Positions 50,366 through 62,702 of a stretch of DNA of 63,047 nucleotides are shown piece after piece; the stretch's first letter is position 1, and each line of letters starts with the position of its first letter. The stretch covers positions 1 to 63,047 of the forward strand of contig JYFJ02002106.1 of assembly GCA_000934665.2 (NCBI GenBank), given 5' to 3'. Below the pieces are notes generated by a model, which ran no database searches, was not told the origin of the DNA, and saw nothing but the letters and a program-made list of their open reading frames with translations. Source of the stretch: Catajapyx aquilonaris (lineage: Eukaryota). The position numbers and the translations under genes are program-made.

Positions 50366-50672
50366 ATACTGCTCCGTTTTCAGTTGATGCTCGACAGGAC
50401 AGCCTACAGCTACATTCCGTCATGCATTTAGGAAAATACTTTTTTTTTAAAAGACAGAAAAGTGAGAATAAACGCAACGCAGCAGTATTGTAACCATCAC
50501 ACTTTAAATAAGGATAATTTGTTGTGTATGGGTAAGAGCATCCGGATACCAAAGATCACATTCAGAAAATTAAGATTAACGCAACGATTGGAGATAAAAA
50601 TGGAGCATGTATGTGGATGTTCACATTTAATCGTCATGTATCAAAAACGTATTAAAAGGTGTCAACAGCTGA

Positions 50673-51780
50673 TCAGTCTCGCATCTTTCTTTTCCTGCTC
50701 TTCGTCATGGTCTCCTTCTTTGGCTCGGACAGATTCTTCAGGTCGGACGCAAACAGCATCTGCAATTGGCAGTAATTACAGCATTGTGCAAGGTTATGAA
50801 TATTAATTAACTTACCGCCTGTGCCCATCCAGCGCACTCCCCGTACAATTTCTTGTAAAAATCCGACACCTCTTGATACACATGCGGAGTGAGCGACTTG
50901 CTGGTGGATCCCTTGGAATGAACCTTGGAGGCCACCTGACGGACATGGGTGTCCACTGGAACCACATCCAAGTAACCCAGCCCCATAAGCAGCACACAAT
51001 CCGCAACCTTCGGCCCCACTCCGCTCAGTCCAATAAGCGCTTCTCTAGCCGCACTTGGCGACCCACCATCACTTTGCGCCAAACCTCGCAACCAGGATTC
51101 GCCGCCATTCGCTTCAATCTGCTTAGCCGCTTTGCATATGTACTGCGCCCGGTATCCGAACCCTTCTGAACGTAATTTTGATTCCACGTCTGCCGCTGTG
51201 AGATGCGAAACAGGCGGAAAGCCATGGAGTGACCGGCCGTTTGGAACGGTGGCCAGTAGCGGACCGTAGAAAAGACAGAGCTTCTCAACCATGGACCAGA
51301 TTCTGTGGACATAATTGTATCGTTATAAAGTGCGATTGTGCATGAGTCGGATACGTACCTGCTGACGTTGTTGTTGGATGAGCATATGAATGCGAATGTG
51401 GTCTCGACCGGATCCTGATTGAGCAAGCGTACGTTCCTCATGTTTGCGGTGAGTCGCTGGAAGGCCTTGTCTCTTCGGCACCACTCCGAGTACAGCGAAG
51501 GCAAGTCAGCGTCCAAGCGCAGGTATGACCTCAGCACTTCAGAGTCATCCTTGTCCTCATTATTCCCAAGCCTGCGGTACATCACGTGCGTCTCAGTCTG
51601 CCTGAGCATATATGCCCTTTGACCCACCACTCCGCTCCAGCATCCTTCCTCTTCAAGCCTCCACCTGAAGCTCTGTCCTCCGCACAAGGTTCGACCCAGG
51701 TCAGACTCATCACGGGTCAGGGTCACCAGCTTCGTCCAGGTCAAGGCTGCTGGATCCACTCCTTTACGTGCAGCAACCAT
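50673..51780 (-). CDS. OGG1: 8-oxoguanine DNA glycosylase/AP lyase
   Basis: TLCGGQSFRW; QDPVETTFAFICSSNNN; GFGYRAQY; HhH-GPD motif LSGVGPKVADCV...VPVDTHV; AGWAQA|MLF. Confidence 0.96.
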
Positions 51781-52120
51781 TGTTTACTAAGCAATTGCTG
51801 GGTACTTGTGTACACTGTACAGGTCGATTTTGACTTGGAAATAAGTAGCTGCTATTCAGACTCCCAAAGTTGCGATTCATAATCGCGCTTTTGGATAGCG
51901 GCTACTTTCAGGACAAACAAACAAACAAACTCAATAACGTTTTTTAAAATTTGACACCTTGATGAAGGTTCGTTGATGCCTGAAATTTCGGGGATTGATT
52001 TATTGTAGCTGAAACATTATCTATTTTGCTGATGCGACTTTATTGCCTTGGATTAATTGAAGAGTGAAAAATAGAGATTACATGGTCTGAATGTCTTCCC
52101 GACAGTGTATGAAGATACAT

Positions 52121-54561
52121 TCACCAGTGGCGGGCCTTCTTGTCGGCGTGCTTCAGAGTAATGAGGTTGAGCAGCTTCTTGACCCTGAGCCTGGACCAAA
52201 TCATGTGGTCACCGAGACCCAGGATCTGAGCAGCGTTGAGAGCAGCTGCCTCTGGGTAGAGGACCGTGGCACATCCCAGCCCGGAAGGCACGTTGAGAGA
52301 GGACCAGACATCATGGCCGACATTCTCGGGCTTGACAGGAGGGCAGTTGATGACAGGGTAGGCCGTGTTGCCGGACAGGACTGGTCCAAGTCCGTTGCTG
52401 CGACCAGCAACTGCGATGAAGACGGTGGGCAGCCCCGAGCCCTCGTACTGAGCCAGTACGGCCAGAGTCTCCTGAGTTCCCTTATGTGCGGATGTGACAC
52501 GCAGCTGGTAGGGGACACCCAGATCCTTCAGGTTCTTGGCGATGGTCTTGCAGTGGACCTCATCGGTGGCAGATCCCATCAGGACCACAGCCATGCCCTT
52601 GGGGGCAGGGGTCAGAAGGTCCAAGCGCTCGGAGATCCACTCAAAGTTGCGCTTCACCTCAGCCAGAGCCTCGGCAGTCACAACAGAGAGATTGCGGTAC
52701 ACCTGCTTGTCCTTCATCAGACGCTTGTCACCAGAGGGCCACAGGCGCCATGCATCGCTGTCGATCACATCAGCCACCATCAGCTCGCCTGCCAGAGAAT
52801 TGCACATTATTACCAGTCAGCACCCAGTCAAACGCTAGAAACCAACCGTTGGCGTCCACTCCAAACTCAATCTTCATGTCGATGAGAGCACAGTCGATGC
52901 TTGCCCAGGCCTTCTCAAGCACCTCGAAGAGGGCGACGGTGGTCTCGCGCATGATGTCGACCTCATCCTGACCGATGGTCGTGCCTCCAACCTTGATCTC
53001 AGCTGCCACGATCTGCTCCTCAGACCACTGTGGGTCATGGTTAGCATCATCCTGAAATGGTTAACCGACAGGTGAGACATGTTCATTAACTAATTAATGC
53101 GGTGACATACCTTGAAGAAAGTCTCCTGCTTGGGTGGGTTGAAGCGGTAGCCCTCCTTCACTCCAGGATTGCGCTTCAGGAAGGATCCCGTTGCAACCCT
53201 GCGAGACACCCACTCAATAGGCACCATGTCGCACTTGCGGGCAACGAAGGCCCTGTCTCCTGCCTTCTCCACATAGTGAGTCTTCATGCCTTTGGACGAA
53301 GAGAGCGTTAGTTCCGGCCCATCATTTTCAATGGGATGGACTTACCTGCAGTGGACAGAAGCTCGAACACCTTGCAGGTGGTGGCGTTGGAGATGATGGA
53401 CTTCCCCTCCATGTCGTGCTGCTGGGTGCCATCACGAGCGGTGATGCGGTCCTTTGACTCCACATAGACCAGGTCGGGATGTTTGGGCAGATCAAAGACC
53501 TTCTTGGTCTTTCCCTCGCAGATCAGCTTTCCTGGTACGTAATCTGTAAAAGCCAACATAGCATTGAAGGAGCGAACATGTACTTTTTAAGAGCAGGGAA
53601 CACTCATTAAGGCTGTAATTAATGGCTACAATAACCAGTACAATCCAGATTTGTTTTATTGAATGTTGCAATGTAAAGTACATGGTAAAAAAAATGATCC
53701 ATACCATTTTTATAATAATGTTAGTGATTGTAACTTGTGAAGATGATTGATGAGGTAAATGATCCTTGACTTCATATACTTGAACTTGAACTTTGGTACT
53801 GACCTATATAATTTATGCACATTACATTTGGCATTGATAACTCCCACTATATGGTGATTGGTTCTGGTGCAATGCCCAAATTATCCTACACCCTTTTTAC
53901 TCCCCCGAATTACGCAATTTACTCACAGTACCGTACATAAGTTTGCGCCCGGTTTTAAACTCACCCATGGTTATTTTCTCACGGTTTACAAAGGAGCTCC
54001 CTATTCGAGCAACAGCCGGCACAAGGGTCACCAAGTCAAGGTCAAGATAAGCTGCACAGGAAGACGGATCATTCGGCTCTCATTACCAGTAAGCTGATTA
54101 CGCAATTATGGCTCATGAACACAGGGTGGTCGACTACCTAATGTCTCACTAAATACAGGGTGGTCCATTCATTACTGGAAAAACGCTACCTTTTTCCTTT
54201 TCTACCTGCTGTACTTTATCGGTGTATGACCTGTACTATCCGGTCTATAAAATACTATCGCGTACGAAGAGCGCATGTGCTACGTATATCCCCCGCGACG
54301 TTCGTACGTCGCAAAACATATGCAACATTGGGCAATACGCCGAATTGACCTTTTTATCTGAAAAGGTCGTGGCCCCCCTAAAAAGGTGAAGGACATTTTT
54401 TGGTTGCTGCCCCGCAATTTTACCTCCCCCGGCCTCCTCGAAAAACCGGCAGGTCGTTGACTATATTTAGTTAATTAGCTATTGTCTAGACTTGTTGTCG
54501 ACAAAGATTTCTAGTTCTGTCTGGTAATACCTTTTAACAGTTGGTACTTACGAGGTGCCAT
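52121..54561 (-). CDS. PAICS: Bifunctional AIR carboxylase/SAICAR synthetase (ade5); first exon uncertain (ATG at 54561 or 53968)
   Basis: [69 protein letters not shown]. Confidence 0.96.
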
Positions 54562-54599
54562 GTCTTCTTCTTTTCGCAGCTGCTTGTGTCTCACACTCC

Positions 54600-56229
54600 T
54601 TGCCTGCTTGGTTACCAAGGCCAAATAGGCAGGTTAGCCCTCGAGGCCTCTGAGATAAGCCCTCGGATTCCAGAGGGGTTGGTGGTTGGTGGTGGCGACG
54701 AGGGGGGCTGTTGAAGAAGCAAACCAATCACTCCTTGGCGTCTATTGGACGCATGTGACCAAGAAGTGACCACCCTTTTTGTGGCCTTGACACTACTACC
54801 ACCACAGTCCACACCAAAGCTTCTTCTGGGACTAATCCACACACGTGATTGGTTACCAATCTTTGAAGCTGAGGACCTGGTTTTGGGTTTCGGCTGGGTT
54901 CGAGATAAGCAGACAGGCAGAAGAGGGCCGCCGGGTAGGAACAGTCCGCTGCTTTTGAAGAGAGGTCAACCAAAAAAAAGTTGAGGTCAGTTTTTTTTAG
55001 GGAGTGTTGAAACCACGTGTTTCGCGCGCCATTTTTTCGCAATTCCCGCTCGATTTTAGGTGTGATAACTCATATAAACAGGTGATAACAGTAAGACGTT
55101 GCGTTTGAAATTAGGACGTTTTTCGGATAGGTCTATTGATAGTTAGTTTGGGGGGATGTGGCAAGATGGCCTTATCCCAAGGATAGGAGTGACGCAAAAG
55201 ATTTGGGGTCAGAGGTTATGCAAAGGGGCCACGTGGTTTCATGCGGTTATTGCAAAACAACCGTCGCAAAACATGAATCGCAACAATGTTTTTGATCTTG
55301 GAAGTTGTTACATTTGATTTCGTGTATTACTGAAGGACATAATTTTACCAAGTTATTTATGGCCAAAAAATTAAATCCATTCAGCAGTTCGGGTCAGTTG
55401 CATCAAACCGAATTGGGCCCGATTTCTCGAACAGTGGTTCAAAATAATGCAAACTCGGTTCAAGTCCTGTTTAATCCCACTTATTCAGAGGCTCTGAACT
55501 GGGACTAAACCTGNACTCGGATTAAATCTGAGCTTGGATTAAACCTGAACTGGGATTAAACCCTCTGAACTGGGATTAAACCTTAACTTGGATTAAATCT
55601 GAGCTTGGATTAAACCTGAACTGGGATTAAACCCTCTGAACTGGGATTAAACCTTAACTTGGATTAAATCTGAGCTTGGATTAAACCTGAACTGGGATTA
55701 AACCTTAACTTGGATTAAATCTGAACTGGGATTAAACCCTCTGAACTGGGATTAAATCGGACCTGAACCGAGTTTGCATTTGAACCACTACTGTTCTCTA
55801 GAGAAATCGGGCCTGATAGTGAAAATTGCGTATCCAAAGGGGTGTATTGGCTTATATCGAGTTTTGGGTTTATCAATAATTATTATTCATGTGTAGTAAT
55901 CATCACGAGACAATTAGCGGGCGTGGTCCACGTTCAATGCCCTGCAATTACCCGAGAGGCGCAATAAAACTGGTTCTTTTCTTTTGAGAAACCACGTGCA
56001 TTGCTCCATAGCCACGTGCGTATAGGCACATACGTAAACATTCTGTTGACGCCACATTGTTGAAATATTGTTAACATTAGTTGAAGTTGCACGTGCTATC
56101 GGTGCAATTACAGTGACTTCCGTTCACTGTAGTGCCCCTGCAATCTTATGCACATTAGCTAACTCATTGTTCGAATGGCAGGTTATCTTTTTCCTTGAGG
56201 TGTTTCAAGGAAAAGGGAAGGCAGCAACG
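54600..56229. promoter_or_regulatory. PAICS/PPAT bidirectional promoter region with E-box cluster
   Basis: CACGTG at about 54842, 55014, 55230, 55993, 56013 and 56090. E2F-like TTTCGCGC at about 55020. Several CCAAT/ATTGG boxes in 54620-54860. Confidence 0.6.
55415..55813. mobile_element. TIR element with an internal 17/20-bp tandem array
   Basis: Arms gggcccgatttctc...gtggttcaaa..tgcaaactcggttca and tgaaccgagtttgcatttgaaccac...gagaaatcgggcc. Internal ctgaactgggattaaacc array at 55494-55757. Confidence 0.85.
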
Positions 56230-59200
56230 ATGGACGATGTGGCCGTGGGTGAGGATAAGAGTTTGCGCCATAACTGCGGCGTCTTCGGATGTGTCTCGTC
56301 TGGAGAGTGGCCAACGCAGATCGACGTGGCACAGCTAATATGTCTGGGACTGGTCGCATTGCAGCACAGGTATGCTGACTCTACACTGATGCCTACTATA
56401 ACACGCAAAAAAAAGATTGTCGCAAATCACCCCCAAACACCCGGGGTAAACAAAAAGTCGCGGACACCACACGAATAGTGCGACAATCTTTTTGCGCGTT
56501 ATAGTACCGTATAGAAAAGAAGAAGAAAAATTGACCCGTTTTGTGAATTATAACAGAGGTCAAGAGAGCGCTGGGATTGTGACCAGCAAAGGGGAGGACA
56601 CCAAGAAGTTCAACATCCACAAAGGGATGGGATTGGTCAGCAACGTTTTTGATGACCACGCCATGGCCCGTCTGAAGGGCAACCTGGGTCTGGGTCACAA
56701 CCGGTACTCGACCTCAGGTGCATCGGAGGTGGTCAACTGCCAGCCATTCGTGGTCCACACCAAGTACGGAGCACTGGCAGTGGCCCACAACGGAGAGCTG
56801 GTCAACGCCGAACGTCTCAGGCAAACGGTAAGGCTGCTCTTAAGTAGGCCACTCGTTAGTATACCATAGTCAATTCTATGTTATGAAATCAGGCTGATCA
56901 TTCATTCCTACGGGACGAAGTGGCGGGAGTCGGGTGTCGGCGGCCAACGAACGTTAATGTGGCTTTGCCACGGCGAGGTCCACTCGGACGTCACATGCAT
57001 CGCGTCCTCCCATTCCGACGCGCCCTCTGAAGTGTCCCGGTGCACCTCGCCGTGGCAAAGCCACATTAAAGTTCGTTCGCTTCCGCAGGGAATCGACTCC
57101 CGCCGCTTCGTCTCGTAGTAAAGATCAAATTGCGAAATTTGACCCCCCCTGGGAGTCTAGTCTGGCCGTGCGAATGATCTAATCGCTATATCCAGGTGTA
57201 CAGTGTTTATCAAACCGGCCTTATACTTCCTGGGTCATTCACACCCTTATTTGACCCCCCAACAGGTGCAGGACAGGGGCGTGGGACTGTCGACATTGTC
57301 AGACAGCGAGCTGATCACCCAGGCGCTGTGCAAGAGCCCTGATGAGGAAGGAGAGGACAATGGGCCCAACTGGGCTGCGAGGATCAAGGAGGTCATGAGG
57401 TTGACCCCACTGTCCTACTCGTTGGTCATCATGTACCGGGATCGTCTCTACGCTGCCAGGGATCCGTATGGGAACAGGCCGCTCTGTCTAGGGAAGCTGG
57501 TACCTGCCCGTGGTTACGGTAAGTACATTTTGTCTTCAGCAAATGTTCAGAAATTGTCAATAACAGATGTGGTAACGCAGTTGAATAGTTGCCAATACGA
57601 TAAATCGTGTTACGTCATTCGGTTGATCGGATTTGCTGCCATACCGCACATAACATATTTCCAGATCGTCACATTTGGACATCTGTTTTAATGCTATAGT
57701 AACTTGAAAAATCCTCGCTTCGCTCACTGGGTGCCGGGGTGGGTAGCGAGCGATGTAGACCCTCCGGCAGACAGCGAACGAATTGATAGTTCTTCCTTCC
57801 ACCCACCAGAGGCGCGCTGCTCCCCAACTCCCATTGCGCATGCGCAGAACGGGGGCCAATCAGAAAGCATAAGCATACAGCATGACTATAGATTAACCCG
57901 CAAAATTTGGCAACGCTGCCCAGCCCGCTTCCCATTTGGACGTAGTACGATATGCCACAACTAGATGGCGCGGATCCGCACACTACTGCCGCCAAGTGGG
58001 AACTACATGCACGTTGGTGATGAGGAAACGCGTGTATGGACAGAGTCACGCCTACCCCTATCTGGAAACTTAAGTATAGAAAGCAACATTAATTGGGCTC
58101 ATTACTGATCGGTCTTCACACTTACTAATGTCTTGCTAATGTCCATCATCAGTTTGTTATCGCCTCGTTGGCGCCTCTAAATGACACTCATTATTTTTTT
58201 AACGACGTCGTAAAAGTCACGAGTTGTAATTTCTGTTTATTCTCCTGGCTTAGGCTCACAGGTTTCGTTTTTCAGAAACTGACCATGATGTTGAATTGTT
58301 GAGGGCCGAGGGGTTATCAGGAGATGTCAAGAGTAATCTTTGCTTTCGTATGCTGATGTGACCTCGAAGGGGTCAGCATCTCACGCCCTGCAAGATGGTC
58401 AATGTTCAATTTAAGGAGTAGTTTATGGTGGCCTTATCTCCCCCGCGATTGTGACACGCTGCAAGTGACATTTTTCCGGGTCTTAATTATTTGCCTGACA
58501 AGCTCTTTTTTTTAATTACACAAAAAATTCCATACCTATATACAATAAAGTACCCTAAGATGACATTGAAAATGTGTTGAAATATTCTGTAATTAGAATA
58601 ATATGCTTATAAGTCGATTTGTGAAATTAATAATCTTAGTATATTAATTATTATTTCTTAATTAGTTAAAGGAAAGGATGAGGATGACAATGAGCATGTG
58701 GAAGGTTGGGTCATCTCATCGGAATGCTCCGGATTCCTGTCCATTGGTGCCAGATACATGCGGGAAGTGGAACCCGGAGAGATTGTTGAAATCACCAAGA
58801 ATGGAGTGAGGTCCATTGCTATTGTTGGAAGGAAGCCGGAGACTAAGCCACGTGCCTTCTGCATCTTCGAGTATGTGTACTTTGCTCGGCCGGACAGCAT
58901 CTTCGAGGGACAGATGGTGTACACGGTTAGGATGCAGTGTGGGAAGGAGCTTGCGAAGGAAGCGCCTGTGGATGCGGATATTGTCAGCTCCGTCCCTGAG
59001 TCCGGGACTGCTGCTGCACATGGATATTCAGTGCAGGTTTGTATTTCACAAGAAGTCGTACTCACTAGTATGCTATGATTGAAACATGTCTTTTCAGTCC
59101 AACATCCCGTTTGCCGAAGTGTTGTGCAAGAATCGGTATGTTGGCCGCACATTTATCCAACCCAGCACCCGCCTGAGGCAACTGGGAGTGGCCAAGAAAT

Positions 59201-59707
59201 TCGGGGCGCTCTTCGATAACGTCAACGGCAAGAAGATTGTCCTCATAGACGACTCGATCGTCAGAGGAAACACAATCGGACCGATCATCAAGCTGCTGAG
59301 GGATGCTGGAGCAAAGGAGGTTTGTACGCTGCAAAATTAGGAAGAGGTACAAGTAATTCCACAATTAAATATCCAGGTGCATGTGAGAGTGGCATCTCCG
59401 CCATTGAAGTACCCGTGCTACATGGGTATTAACATCCCTACCAGAGAAGAACTGGTAGCCAACAAGTTAGAAGCCCCTGCTCTTGCGAGGCATGTTGGTA
59501 AGTACAAATCGTAGAGTATTTTCCTAACATTTCATGCAGTTCAATAACTCGCAACTGATAATTCCAGGTGCGGACAGCCTTGTCTACCTGACTGTGAAGG
59601 GCCTGGTGGCAGGCGTCACTCATTCGATAAAGGGTGTGAGTCCAAATGAGGTCGGCCACTGCACTGCTTGTCTCACAGGAGATTACCCGGAGAAAATTGA
59701 ATGGTGA
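56230..59707 (+). CDS. PPAT: Amidophosphoribosyltransferase
   Basis: Propeptide followed by catalytic [80 protein letters not shown]; ends KIEW*. Confidence 0.97.
56908..57118. mobile_element. Foldback MITE in PPAT intron 2
   Basis: Arms ctacg.gacgaag.ggcgggagtcg...ttaatgtggctttgccacggcgaggt and acctcgccgtggcaaagccacattaa...cgactcccgcc.cttcgtc.cgtag (about 80 bp, imperfect). Confidence 0.82.
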
Positions 59708-60052
59708 TTACAATAAGAACAATACGGCCTTTAATATTTTTTTTGAGAAGAGTTGACTGATGTTTTATCATTCTACTGTAAGGTGGTACAGTACTTTTGC
59801 ATTGCAAGCAAGGGAAAAAAAACAAAAGTTCCTTCAAAGTTTCTCATGTATATTTTTGTAAGGGAGTTCCCTTCAGAGCATGAATTCGGATACATGCAAA
59901 GGTAACCAGTTTTGGATAGTAATCTCCAATAGCTAGGTAGTTTTTTTAGTAATTGTTTCGGGGCTCCCCAACCTTCCAATCAAAAAACTGTCATGTACCA
60001 AACTGGTGTGTCATTGTAACTTTATTTCCGTACCTGCTCGCAAAATACAGGG

Positions 60053-62336
60053 TCAGAGTTGTGGATTTCCATCTTCGAGCAGAGTTTCAATGTCAACAAC
60101 TTTCTTAGGACATTTTGCACTTAGAACTTCTACTCCATCTTCGGTAATGAGGACGTCATCTTCTATTCGGATTCCAAGTCCTCGGAAGTGTGATGGCACA
60201 TCCTTCCTGTGCTGGTTAATGTACAATCCAGGTTCCACGGTCACTACCATTCCAGGTTCAAGTCTCATGCTGCGATTCATTAAGGAAGAATCGTGCACAT
60301 CCATACCTAGGTAGTGACTCACATGATGGGGGCAGAAACTGTATGCAGCCTGCAATGCAAAAAATAATAATTAATATCATATTGTGAACTCCTTGTACAT
60401 AAAGCAACATTGTCACGATGCTGCAATGTCATCACAATATACCTTTGAGAGTTCATCCTTGGAAAAGTTGTCCGGTATAACCCCCACGGATTTGAGTCTG
60501 TCTCCAAGTAGTGTGCACATTACACCAAAGAGCTCGTCTAGAGTTGGCCTTTTGGTGCAGAGACCAATCAAAGTCTTCTGAACGTCCAGAACCGCTTCAT
60601 ACAAATCTCGCTGGGCTGGAGAAAAATGGCCAGACACCGGCCATGTGCGGGTTATGTCGCTGCAGTAGCCGTGGTATTCACAACCTGTAACGAACAACAT
60701 GACGGAATTGTGCGACTAATAAAGAAATATTTACTAGAAGTGACAACACACCTGCATCCATAAGTACCATTTCACCGTCCGCCACTGTCTGATTGTTGTT
60801 TACGTAATGTATTACATTAGACCTGGATCCGCCAGCCACCACCGGAGGGTAGGCTAATTGCTGCGCTCCTCTCACACGACACTCATAGTCCACTTTTGCG
60901 AAAATGCAATGTTCATCCACACCAGGTTTAGAAAAACGCATGGTCTCAGATATGGCCTCGGAGGCTATCCGACAAGTGTGGCGCATCAGATTAATCTCGG
61001 CTGGAGATTTGATCAGTCTCAGTCTGTGAACCAGGGAGCGAGGCGACTCCAGCAACTTCTGTGAGGGTGAGGACAGGAAATCCCGTATATATCGATGTAT
61101 ATTGACCCCCGAGGAGGTTAAGTCATACCAGAGGGTGAAAGGAGAGGAGCTGTATGATTGGGAGGTTTGTGCTAAAAAGGGGCCTAGCTGACCCAAGGGT
61201 AGCCCTTGATCCAGACCAAACAGAGACGGGACATCATCAGGATGTGTGCTTGGGCCATCCCACAGCTCACTCTGGGAATCACGTCTGGAAAGATAAGTGA
61301 TCGTCAGTGCCGTACATGACGGTAAAGCAAAGTTGCGTACTTTGGCATGAATAGTGTGGACATATGGTCCGGCAGACTCTTCCCTGGAATGCTCGCCAGA
61401 ACCAGTGCACAGTCCGGCTCAAGGCATCCGCTGAGGTACAAAAAGTCAGAGTTCTGTCGGAAGATGTACGGGATCTTTTCGCTCATGTAGGACTTTGTGG
61501 CTGCCGGTATGACCACAATGTGACCAGATGTCTTCTCGGACGACCTGCTGGCTTGTCGCTTGATTCCTTCCATTAACCGTTGTCTCCTGTGCTGGAATTC
61601 TGTGGTTGTCATCCCCGGGAACAATTCTCCCAACTTGAGTATATGGGGATGGGTCGACGGTACTGGCTGGCCATACGAACGTTGTGGTACACATGGCTGA
61701 AACATAATGTACTGTTAACGTCATATTCATGACTTGACCGAGATTAATACTGCAATTTTTAATGTAGCCGATTGTTTTTTAGTTAGCCAATTACAAAAAA
61801 TAAATAAGAATCAATAAATCTAATAATAAATAAATTTTAAAATGTACAATACATATAAATACAAAAAAATACTTAAATAAAGTGCATAAAAATACAAGTA
61901 TAAATAATAAAAAATAAATAAGTCATATGTGCCAGGATTAATATTAGATCTGGCTCCCTTACGAGTGCCTCAAAGTTCAAGGGGCCAAAAATTGCACAAC
62001 TTTTCTCTACACAAATTTTGCAATCCCAACACAACATGGCGCAATTAAATTTTTTTAACGACAATGCAGCCCTACATGTCTGTAATTTAAATCTATAATA
62101 TTAAAATCCTTGCAGGAATTTAAATATTGGGCTCCCAAATTACTTTTTTTTCCCCCTCCCCACTCGCTCACCTGCTCGCACTCTGTTCTTGTGACCTTAA
62201 ACCTGTGGTGCTGCTGCCTTTGAGACCTGGACACCAGCAGTCCAGCTGCAAACGAAAGTGTGGGGTAATTAATGGCGCCAATTAATTAAATATTAATTAA
62301 AATACCTGGCCTGCTCAAAATCCACCATGAACCCAT
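60053..62336 (-). CDS. XPNPEP3: Mitochondrial Xaa-Pro aminopeptidase 3 (Icp55)
   Basis: [85 protein letters not shown]. The start [10 protein letters not shown] gives consistent exon phases. Confidence 0.94.
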
Positions 62337-62578
62337 CGTACTTGAAGTATCTGCACGCCGTGGTATCGACAGGTAGTACGAGGGCCGAAAATAACATGTC
62401 GGCTAGATGTGAAAATAAGCGGCTACACTTTTATGATCCAACGATGGAATAGTCAGCTGGTCCGATAGCAGCCTTCGAAAGACTTGTGTCGGTTAAAAGT
62501 CTTTTCTTTTTTTGGGTCGCCCTTTCCCGGCCTCGAGGAGGGTTCGGCCCCGGGCAGGCAGGCCCCCCACCAGGGGCA

Positions 62579-62702
62579 ATGTCCTTTCCAACCTTCGGAA
62601 GCACGGCCCCTGCTGGAGGCACAGGCTTTGGAGCTCCGGCACAAGGGGCAGCCGCTGGAACCACGCCGTTCGGCGGGGGAACCGTCGCAGGACAACAACA
62701 AG
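62579..62702 (+). CDS. First exon of a probable FG-repeat nucleoporin (Nup54/58/62-like), continuing beyond the window
   Basis: MSFPTFGSTAPAGGTGFGAPAQGAAAGTTPFGGG followed by the donor AG|GTAAAT. Confidence 0.6.

Noticed and set aside
49794..50552. 252-aa minus-strand ORF
   Set aside because: Antisense to UQCRC2 exons and intron with no recognisable motif.
52091..52885. 264-aa plus-strand ORF
   Set aside because: Antisense shadow of the GC3-rich PAICS exon.
55494..55757. CRISPR-like or telomeric array
   Set aside because: No unique spacers, no cas genes, eukaryotic context, and the unit is not TTAGG(G). It sits inside TIRs.
58283..58360. C/D box snoRNA in a PPAT intron (ATGATGT...CTGA)
   Set aside because: The C box is imperfect, the terminal stem is minimal, and I could not identify a guide of 10 nt or more.
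62337..62397. Upstream ATG at 62397 as the XPNPEP3 start
   Set aside because: It is out of frame with the downstream exons. The ATG at 62336 gives consistent phases.
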